Translations under genes and position numbers: made by a program | The notes under the pieces: model-generated | Told to the model about the DNA's origin: nothing | Seen by the model: only the letters and a program-made list of their open reading frames with translations | The model's database searches: none | Shown: positions 46,169 through 58,100 of the stretch, one piece after another | How positions within the stretch are numbered: position 1 is the first letter of the stretch | Layout: the number at the start of each line of letters is the position of its first letter | Source of the DNA: Phoronis australis | Taxonomy: Eukaryota; Animalia; Phoronida | Assembly: GCA_002633005.1 (NCBI GenBank) | Contig: NMRA01000017.1 | Location: 570,886-634,885, forward strand | Direction of reading: 5' to 3' | Length of the DNA: 64,000 bases

Positions 46169-49100
46169 CTAGAGATGAATCAAAAGAATCACGAGTAAGA
46201 AAAACTGACTCTGCGTTATGCATTGCCCAACAGGAGACTATTTTGGACTGAAAACGGTGAACACTTAAAAGTCAGACGACATGGTAAAAAACTAAATCAT
46301 GACGTACACTTGGGTTATTTCAGTCTTCTGACTAACTACACTATTACATATTGTTCATTTTGGACATGTTACCTGGACACACACTGTGCCTGTCTTGGGC
46401 ACGTTCAGCAGAGATTGCATTTCTTGTTCCTGTGTATTAGTGCATTGTAAGACATTTAACATTTGGGGGTTCCAGTAAGCTGGGAGCAGGCAGCTGGCAT
46501 TCAAGAAACAGTCTTATAGATGCGTATTGGTTTTCTGGAGTCATCATGGTAATTGTCATCAACTTCATTAGGGGAAAGAGCAAGGCCAAACTGGACTGTG
46601 TGACCATGACATGGCAGTGTGGGGGGGGGCAACTCTACAGTGTGACTGTGATGTACCCATGTGACCGTGATGTACCACTGCGAGGATGGTCACTCGGCAG
46701 TGGGACCGTGATGTACCACTGCGAGGATGGTCACTCGGCAGTGGGACCGTGATGCACCACTGTAAGGTTGGCAACTCTACAATGGGACTGTGATGCACCA
46801 CTGTGCGGGTGGCCACCAGGAGCTGAAGACCTGGGTTGGAGCCATATAATGAAGAACACTATGACTGCGCACAATGGTTGTCACAGGACTGACAACTTTA
46901 AACGCTACTGCCTACAGACCACAGTTTTGCATAATTTATAATTTATAATTTGCTACAAGTCGTTTGAATTGGCTTCAAGTTGAAGATACGTCACAACAAT
47001 GACTGTGTGGTGTACATGCAACTTGTTCCTAATATTTCAATACAATGTTGTATTAAAACTGCTTGCTTCAACTGTGTTGTTGTAAGTCACGTCGTGACAT
47101 ACAGAAAGAGCAAACAAAACACACATTAACAACTAAATCCCATCTATGTTTAGTTGATAAAAGTTTAGAATAAATAATGTACTCAGGGCTGTGTCTTATA
47201 CCTTAATGTGCCATTTGGTTTTATCAAATTTAAGGTTTGTCAAGAAATATAGGCTGAAATCTTGCCAAAAAGTAGACTCTCACAGAATTTTCCAAAACAA
47301 CTGATGACAGAATTTATGTTTTGTGAAAAGGACATCAGTGCTTGTTGCTTTACCTGTAGTTAGAGACAGTTCGTCATCTTGTGCAGCCGTATAATCGTAG
47401 ATGGCCTCACACTGACCCTGCATTCTCCCACTGGGGTTCATGTACTGCTGGTCATCCACTGGGTCACCATCATAATCATCAAATTCATCCTCATCTGAAA
47501 CGGTCAATACAAACAGTAGCTTGGGTTATAAAGTACAAAGATCAAATAGATGTTATAATGCCGTGCAGTTACCGAAAGATAAGAACATAAAATAGTAAAA
47601 ATAAAACGACGAGCGTTAGTATAAAAATATGTTAAAACATTCCCCACATTTCGAGCAATGCGCCCTTTGTCAAGGGTAAGATATAGACTGCCGATTACAT
47701 GGATGTAAATAAAAACGCATCTATTCGGCAGTCTGTATCATACCCTTGACAAAGACCGCATCGCTCAAAACGTGGGGAATATTTTAACATAATTATTTTA
47801 GTGCCAACGGTCGTCGTTTTATTTTTACTGCTTTGGCTATGTTACATATAGGCCTAGTACATATGGCAAACAATACACTCTCACTTGTAATAGCTTACAT
47901 TCAATGTAAGACAGATAAAGTTAGTAGTTGCTACTAAGAGTTAGTCGCTGCTTGCGAGTGAATGCAAACAATTACGATGATGTTTAAGTGAAATTATTTA
48001 TAATAATCCAGATATTCATCCTTGATGCGGTGTTACACTGAAGATTTTGACAATGACTATTTGGTAAAATATAAGCTTTTGTAGCAATCTGTAATCGCCT
48101 GAAAAACTGGGAAAAAACAACTTAGCGAATTATTTTCATCCCAACTTGAAAATTTTTGCCATTGTAGTTTAAGCTGAAATGCGCTTACCAAACATCATTG
48201 TATCGCGATCGTGTCCACCGTCCGCTGGCTGTCTGGCGTAGGAATACGAGCGTGGAGTAAAACCCTCCATACTGACAGATACAGGAAGTCTAAGGATATG
48301 CAGCGGAAGACCCTAGAAGAAGATCGGAAAAAAATTGCTCAAACCAAACAAATCATTACAAGACCAGTTGTGTAAACTGTCTGCATTGTATCAACAACAC
48401 ATGGACATTGTGTGTCTGACATTGTACTGAAGCCAATAGAATATTTTTTATCACTTTGCTATCACACAACAGGAGCTGAATCATAGTCCTACCTATGAGT
48501 CATGCCAGGATACTGCACGTAAACACAGCTCACCATCTTTTCCTTATAGAATACACACCTGCCTTTAATTTATTGTAACACACTACCACGTCCCCTGGCT
48601 TACTGCTAACTTGAATAAGCAGAGCATGAGTGCTTAACCCTTGAGTAGTCAGAGGGGCTTATCTATACGGTTGATCGGGTTAATGTCAAGGAAGAGAAAT
48701 AAATGCCAGACTTCATGGACAATAGTCAAATAAAACATCGGCAGATTGACAACAACACAGAAGTGCAATGAATGGACATAGCTTGCGCAGCAAATCTCTA
48801 TTTTGCCATACAAGCATCATGCATGTGATGAGGTGGCCATACACTGCTTGCATACAACTGCTGTCACTAGCACACAACACAGTGACGTTCTTTAACGAAG
48901 TGTCTTAGTTATGATGACTTGAGAACAACTTTCAAGATAGTAAATAATTTGAACTGTGACCTAGCCTCAGAAATGTCCTTCTGAAAATTCGAACCTTGAA
49001 AATAGCTAAGTATTCATTAGCAGGTGATATAATAGACGATGTAGATATTTAATCGTACAACACCGTATAATATATAGGTCGGAGGCCTTTTGTGCCTTTT

Positions 49101-52100
49101 TTGCATGCTGTAGCATGCTTGTTCTATTTAATTAATACAGTTACCTGTTTGTCTTTAGTCGACTCAATATTTTGTGAGAACTTGTAGCTTGGTGACGGCT
49201 TGTTGTCTAACTTGGCCAGAACACAGGACAGCTTGTAATGGCTGGCGTCTAGGTAATTGAGCATTGAATTGACCTAACAAAGGAAAACTGTAAATTAAAT
49301 TGAAGCAGACACACAAACTATTCACTATCAACTAACGGTGTTCAGGATCTGCGCTCGTCACCATTTGTCCACTTATTAGGCAGAGACAGTGACCAACAAA
49401 GGCTAAAATGAAATTTGAAAATAACGGCAAATCATGAGCTTTGAGATAAGCCGCACTGAAACTGTTAATATGTTATCATCTAGACAAGTTAGTATAATCA
49501 TTCGTTTCCAGTCTACCATTGTGCAACTGTGTCCCGTACATTCAAAATTCAAAAATTGACCACTTAGTGTGCACCATGTGGAACTTCATCAATTTTCGAG
49601 TTGAGTTTTAATTAATTTTTTTCTGAGTAAAGCTAGGGGGTCTCGTAGCTGACTTATCATGACCTTAATTTGAGACACATTATGGCAGGCAAGAGAAATT
49701 TCATTTTTAATTGTCAATTTCATAACAAAAATAAATATTCAAGAAATCTGCTTTCACTTGTAGTATTGTTTGTATGGTGTAGCAGTCACCAAACAAAAAC
49801 TGGCAATTTTTTTGCGTATTTGTTTTGCAACAGCCTCTGAAAAGATGATAAATGGCTAATGAAAAACTAGCAATTGAAGAATTATTGCAGCTGATTCCCA
49901 CAAATTTGACATTTAGAATGAACACGACAAAACAAGAATACACAGCATTCTCAGAAATAAAAAACATATGTTTAAAAAGGGAGACTTTCAGAAAGCAATG
50001 GGGAGGTGAGTATGTGGGACAGGTGACTCCACCTGGATCTATCAGATTCTGCATCTTCGCAGCCAGTCGAATAGGGGAATATTTTGCCTTCCTAAAAAGG
50101 GTCTTTTACAAAGTATGTGATCAGATGATGGGATGTGTTTTAAACAAAAGTTACCAGAGGTCACTAGAATCCCAGGAGATCAATCACCACATTGTTACTT
50201 GAAATTCTCCCATTAGACACGGCACAAATATCCTGCGTAGGGTCTTTCAGGTATCTTGAATAAGTGTAATGAGGCTTAAGCAAAACAACGATTGGTCCAA
50301 AGGTGGTGACACCTACTGTCTGCAACTTCGTTCTTAATCAACAGTGTACAGCCAACAATGTATACGTGGCACCACCAAGTCAGTCAATTTAAGACTCTGT
50401 TACACCAAACTTGTTTTCAGAATGTATGAGCCCGTCTTAACACAGGCTTTGGAGATCGTGCTGATTACTGAGGTGATGTGCGTATGACATGAACAGACCT
50501 GATGTGTCATGTGACGGGAGCAGACGGGATGTGTCATGTGACGTAATGTGTCATGTGACGGGAGCAGACGGGATGTGTCATATGATAAAAACATTTGTGA
50601 CAAACACACAAGTGCAGAATAACAATGAAAAATTGGGTTTTATGGCAAGTACAGGGCGTTTCACACAAATAAGCATCAATGTTTTAAAGTGGCTGTAAAC
50701 CCTCCTTCCATCACAAAAACGACTTTTTATTTAGACAACTTACAGTTAAAAATTGCTCTCAAATGTTCCTTAGTCGAATTGAATGAGATTTCAGAGCTTT
50801 GCGATTATTGCTCGAGACCAGGCTCTTCAAATTGGCTCGTCAAAAGTCGTCATTTTGTGCGTCGAGCGTGGACTTAACAAATATCAAGCTGTCAGTTCTT
50901 TACGGCTTTATGTGTCTAGGAATTCATCCCAGCAATAGGGAATTCCCACTGTATAGTAAAAGGTTACCACGATGATGTGGATTCCCACTGTATAGTAAGA
51001 GGTTACCACGATGATGTGGATTCCCACTGTATATTATAATGTTACCACAATGATGTGGATTCCCACTGTTTTGTAAAAGGTTACCACGATGACGTGGATT
51101 CCCACTGTATAGTAAAAGGTTACCACGACGATGTGAAGGGAAGCTGCACAAAACTTTGCTTTGCTTTTAATGCCGCACAATGTCTACTGTCACTCTACAC
51201 TCAACAACAAATTATCTGAAGATTGAATGCGCAAATCTTGAAACACTCTGTAACAAAGAGGGTGTCACACAGTACAACGACAACACAAGAATGCTATACT
51301 TCTCACCCTGTAAAAATCCCAAAAGAAAATCTTGCAATAAAAAAGACAGCGGTCAAAACATTCCAACAATCATGCAACCAGTAATTTTGGTAAAATTCCA
51401 TGGCTTGTCCAAGCGAAATACTGCACGGAGTTGTGACATACCCGATTTAATGTATCCATCTTCCAGATAAAATTAAGGTTAACATGTGGGACCTTATCAA
51501 CAAGACTGCGTGTTTAGCCAAGTATCCACAGAACTAGAGATTTCAATTTAGTATATAAGTACACATTTTCTGAAGGAAACAAGTCTGCAGAGTTTGATTT
51601 TTGACTTTTTTTCAAGTCTTCCATTGATTGGGTCGTGTAACCATGCCTTTTAAGCAGAATTTACCAATAATGAATTAGGTACATCAATAGCAAAACAACA
51701 GTATCAATAATACGTACAAATTTAATTTATATAAAAGTTCATCACAAAATCTCAAGAAGTCCTATTTTTTGATAGCATCTCAAATAAAATGGAATGTTTT
51801 AAAAACAATACGTACTACTGTTTTTAAAACCAATGCATAAAACATACTACCCGAAAGTTTAATATGAATCCGAGCAACCATTTGTCGAGAGATTTGATGT
51901 TCCAAAGTCAGCCAAATTTGGGAATTTTTCCGGCTTCCTACATAACTTTACAATATTCTCAGTGCCAGATTAGTATTTGGATTAATTTTGTATTTGAAAC
52001 TTTTATTCACAAAACCAATTCTAAACGAAAAAACAGCAACCAAAATTATGCAATATTATTTACAATAAACATTAAAAGCGCTAAAACATCAGAAAAATTT

Positions 52101-55100
52101 ACAAATTGTGCACCAACCACACTAAACACTCAATTCCACTCCACATTTGCATCTCCCTGCATCAGTGGCGCAGACCCGGACATTTTGTACTTTACAAACG
52201 TATAAACAAATAACACTGGGATCAAAAGCGCATCCCACTAACTCTGGCTCTTATCACCACCTCAGTGTGCTAATATCAAATAAGCTGCTGATATCAGACA
52301 CAGACGGAGTTGAACACAATGTGCAACTGCAGCTGCCGCTAACATTGACTAATCAAATTTATTCTCTGTTCATGTCACTTCGCACAAATAAGCTTGCTAA
52401 GGTTATCTATTTATAGAACACGTGCTCTGAGAAAGTTCGTCTATTATGTACGACACTTAATGAAGTCATAACTCAACAATGTCTAACTTTGATCCTTCTC
52501 TTGGCAGGCAAAATTTACTTTTACAAAACCCTACAAGCTTTCACAGGACAATTACAAACTAACGAAAGACCATAGGTATACAGTCAACCCATGACCAAAG
52601 GACAGAACACACATAGGTAGACAGTCAACCCATGATGAAAAGTTTGTCAACATGATTAAATTCTTCACTAAAACTTAAATCTTTTTATAGAGCTGCCAAA
52701 GAGAGTGTTTCACGGCAACTGCCGATGACATACAGAGACACCTTGTGGAAATTGCTCACATTCTTCATGTTTAATGTCATGTGCTGTGGACCGAACAAGA
52801 TCTGAGTTTTATTTTAAATGTAAAGCTGTACATGAAGAACTGATTAAAACTTGCCGAGTCATATCCACGTAACTTGTTTTTTTTTGTATTTACAGTTATT
52901 TCCAATTATTAAGCAATGGATTAAGATTTTGTAATTAAAATTTTATTCCAGTGTCATAGTGGTTTTCCAATCAGCTTGTTATCATTTCTTAAGTTTGCAG
53001 TTAATTAGATGCTTGAAAACAAAAGTACGGCATTTTTATTTCATTCCATTTTAGTATGACTACACAAAATAAAAGTGGAGTAAAGTCACCCCCCCCCCAC
53101 TGTTACATATCAGTTTCAACCGTTTCACTACAAACTTACCCCCATAAGTCTTTGTCTAGCATCCTCTTGAGCTTCTGGGTTAGTATAGTCAGGTCGATTG
53201 CGATACACATCCATCAGCTTTTCAACCCCTGGTAAAAACATAGACACAGCTGTAACATTCCTCAGTAGGCATGTCTTGATATCGTACAGCACTACTAATT
53301 TTCAGGCTGCATTTACCCCTAATGCAATGCATGTGGCAAGCATTTGTCCTGCTTTTTCACGTGCAAATGTACAAATCTTGATTTTATGTCCTAATTAATA
53401 TGTAATGCAGGCAAGCTTGTATTTTTCCATTTTGAGATGCAATGCTAACGAAAGGAAATCGGCAAATATCACAGCTGGATGCCTCAATGCATTGTTCTTA
53501 AAGTTGCCTTTACAAGCTACACCTCACATCCTGATCACCTGCAGACAGTTCTTTACCATACACTTTGTCTTTCCAATGTAATAAACCTAACCTGTTAAAA
53601 ATAATTACATGCCCACTACTTCCTCACAAACATTTACACGCACAATGAACTCGGGCATGTTTTTATGAATAGACTTGACTTTGCTGCTTGACTAGGATAA
53701 AGCACCTCGCCTAGCATAGTCTTGGTGTAGCAAGGTCTGAAAACGCTATTCTATGGCATGAGATGTGCCTGACATTTTGAAAAGCAGAATAATCATGCAA
53801 TGAATTTTTCTATCTCAGCGAAAGAGGAAACTTCTATCAAGGATGGGCCTATTCAGGACAAAACTAAAACATGTGGGTTAGTGAAGGTTGCACAGTAAAA
53901 TGTAATAGAACTTTGTCATTTATTTAAACTATTGGAAACACTAACAAAACAGAACTTCCTTTTTCAACCACACAGTGTTAAAAATTGAAGAAACATTTAC
54001 TTACCATCGCTCATACTTAACTATTTTTGTATAACTGGCAATTATAGTAACTAACAAAATTATCTTTTAATTTTCAATAACTTTTGGAAAAGAAATCCAT
54101 TACGGATAAATTCGAGAATAGATAATTTTGCACAGTTAAGCAATTATACATAAACAGAAACAAAAATTAAAAATTAGCTGCTCAAATAGTACAATTGTCT
54201 GTCAGATTAGCGCCCGTGGTCAGCTCAACGCTCACCTCCAGAATTTTGAATTTATTGATTTAATTGCCCTGGGTGTTATCCTGCTGTGTAGGTCAGGTAG
54301 TGCTGACTTACGAGAAGTATACATCTAGCAAATTCAAACATTTACCCTCTTTCCCCTTCTGTTCTCTATTAATGTCTTCTTCCAGAAGTTGGAGATACGC
54401 CCAAAGCATTTTCTTTCGCCTATCGGGGTCCATTACAGCACTCATGTCCTCAGCCTGAAAAAGCAATTCAAATAAAACTATTGGCAATCTCTACAGCTTT
54501 CAACAATGTCTCATTAAAAGTGAAGTCAAGCTTGTTAATTGTTGTCCGATGAAAAAAAAATAAATAAAAAAATAATAGTGTGGCCTGAACTAGGAAACTA
54601 TTGTGTTTCTATAGATTCACACAAGAATTGGTAACGAGTGGATATAACGTGCCCGGATTTTGAGAACCAGTTTTCTCCACTGATTAGTGGGAATCAAACT
54701 GGTTCTCAAAATACGGGCACGTTACATTCGACTATTGCCTAAGAATTAGTGAAAAGTTGAAACTGGCATTTTCCATTTTTAAAGGTCAGAGTACCAATGT
54801 ATTTAAAATGTTATAATATGAAAGATACGGGTAGTACAAATGTAGTTAAAGTGTAATGTTTGAGAAATAGAAGCAGTGACTGAACATACCAAGAATTGCA
54901 TCTGCATCTTGTACCAAAATAATTAACAAGCAGTGGTCTAACACTCACACAACATTCGAACAAAAACTGTTCGGAATGATTTAAGCCAGATCCTTTTTGT
55001 TCCACCACCATTCTCAGGTCTGTATCCACGTTGACGCAGAGAACAGCTTCATTCAACTTATCACAGCTCTGAAACGATACCATAGAATGAGAGACTACTC

Positions 55101-58100
55101 ACACATTCCCTGTAAAACACACCTTGATCAAGAGGGCTCTTTCATGGGAGGGGTGATTGGGAATGTGCAGCCAACTCAAGTAAGTATTTTCATTTTTCCA
55201 CTGTTGTCTATCATTCTGAATTTTGAAAATACAACAGCACCTGTCTACTCAGCGGAAAAGAAATAGTTTTATCAAACAATTTGTGACATTAACACTGAAA
55301 ATGCTCAATGTAAGATATTGCAATGTGTGACATCCAAGGGCATGTTTAGTTTTACAGCAGTAGCGCACACAAATGGACACGAATACAGTTCCCTTGCAAG
55401 TAGCTGAAGTATAAGTTAGGCCAAAAAAACATAATGGTTTCTGGTCTCTGCTTCTTTTGAATATCGAGTCGGTGGTGTACTCTTTTTAGGTGCTCACTTT
55501 TTCAAAACAGAAACTCCACCTGAGATAAGCAAAAATTATGCAGGATTTTTTTACTCATCGTTTGGCAAATCATGACCTTTCAAGCCATACTTACCTTTTT
55601 AAAGTGTCTTTGCACAGCTTTAATAACATGTTTTAGTCGGTGAGCGCTGATTTAAAAAATGAATTGGGGTAGAAACAAGAACCAACTTTGCTTTTTTGGC
55701 CTTATCTCCCCTTGATATTTAAATGTGGTTTAAAAGCAAATCTTTGCAAAACAATAGCTTCAGCTACATAACTCCCGTGTCCTAGTACGTTAATGAACTT
55801 CACAGCTTTAGTCATAGTAAAGCTTGCATACCGCAGATAGAGTGGGAGTAATAGCAGACAACTTGTGATGGTATTTTTGTAGAAATGAATGCATCTGAGT
55901 TATCCTCTCCTCATCCAGTAACTGTAGCTGACCAGATGCCTAGAAGGAAAATATGGAATGATATGAGGACGACTGAATTATCAATTGTTGCAGAAATATA
56001 AGTCATTTAATGAAGTTCTATTACCTCTGCACATCACTCGTTCACAGCTAGTGTGGCTATTGTGTTGGGACATCTAATTCAAGCGGCAAGTCTTGTTTCG
56101 TTTTGACTTTCCCTTTTTCAGAAACAAGAGTTACCAGAAATAATTTTTCGTGACTAAGTCGAACCAACAATGGCTCCTGTGCACTGTACTTATTGTGCGT
56201 CTTAAACCTTTTCAAATTTTTTTCAATCTCGCTTCGAAGTAGCAGATTTTGAGCTTCTATACACATACCCAATCTTACTCTAACAAGTGAACTTATAGTT
56301 AGGAAATAATGTGTTTTGATATTTGCTATAGTCATCACAGTCTTTAGTCTTGGTCAGGTGTTTGCAATTTCACAAATATTTAGCACAGTTTTAATCAAAA
56401 TACACTAAGCATGTGGTGATAGGAAACTTAACATTCACCAGGTGGCGCTCATTAGTAAAGGTGTCTCATTTTGACATCTGAATTTATCGAGACCAGAGAG
56501 CCGTTCAACAGCGTGAGGGCATTCGTTTGATAAAGGACCCATGTGACTACCTGAATGCAAGCATTCTTACGAGAAGGTCCCTTGCTACACTAGTGACACC
56601 TGGTGAATTTCGAGTTGCCCATTATCATCACTACCTTGTAGACAGTGGACTCCCACTCCTGGCGAGCAGACTCCGCCGTCTGACATTGTTCATGGTAATC
56701 TTTGTCTGACTTAGCCAGTGATGACAGCAGTGTTTTGTTCTTTTTCTCCATCTGAAAATAATGCACAGTCTACTAAACAGAGTGAATAACAGAGTTTCCA
56801 TATTTCAATTCTTAACAAATACAAAATTTAAGAGATTGGTATTTCTTTTTTGTTTTTAATCAGCAGTGTTTATAACAGTAAGTCCCATCAATAAAAAACA
56901 GGTCGGTAAAATAAGAGCATTTTGTAAACTACAGCCATGTTCGTTGCTGTCACTATTTTAAGTTCATACAAAGCAAAGTTTGGAGCAATTCAACTGTGGA
57001 GATCATTCAAACATAAATTAAAAAGAAAATCAAAAATCGTGAGTTAAAACTCTGTTTATTTGCAAACAGTGACATAGTGAAAGAGCATTGCTTAAGAAGT
57101 TACGAAAAAATATCAAACATATGTTTTAACGAGTTGTTAGGTAAAATGGAGTAGACGAGAACATTTGTGAGCTGTTATCAACTTGGAAATATCAAGTATT
57201 GAGGGTGGACGCATCAAGGATTGGGGGTGGACACATCAAGCACTGAATTTGGACATGTCAAGTATTGAGAGTGGACACGACAAGTATTTTGAGTAGAGAC
57301 ATCAATCATGAGGATGGACACATCAAGTATTGAAGGAGGACACATCAAGTATTGAGGGAGGACACATCAAGCATTGAAGGTGGACACATCAAGCATTGAA
57401 GGTGGACACATTAAGTATTGAGGGTGGACAAGGTATGCAGATGTCCATGAGCTGATGAAGAACATTGAGCAGCGGACACATGAGTGTACTGTCAATGTCG
57501 ATGTTTATAAGTCTACAAGTGCCATGGCATCAAACCTTTGAGATGTCCTTTTCCGTCATATGTTTGCCCCGTCCAGCTCTAGCCTCGTCAATAGCTAGCT
57601 GTGTTTTCTGTGACTCACGACAACTGGAGAATGCTTTGGACTTAGATTTCAGCTCCTCCGACCGACGATCTTGGAAAGCTCTCACTGATTTCTCTACATT
57701 ATTCTCAATCTGCATAGGGTAATCAAAAATCATGCATTAAAAATTTAAGAGTTATCAAAAGGGATTATCAAAACAGTTTGCACAAAAGAATTTTGCGCTT
57801 CATCTAAAGAAGGAACAAGTTTATCTCAAAACATCATGAAATAACACATGTCGTTTAAGAACCAAAACTTATTTTTCCAAGGACTGATTCAGTAAAAATC
57901 AACAAAGATTTTTAAAACATAATATTTTGAAAATTGTTTATTTGTTTTTTATTACTATTATGAATAGCAGATGTAAAAAGCATGCAGTGAAAATCAGGCT
58001 CCCCTTTAAAAGTATACTGTGCATTTTCATAAAAAGAACGCAGCAAAAATGTATGAACAAAGAACAGGGTAAGAAACTTGGAGCGATGTATTTCACTTAC

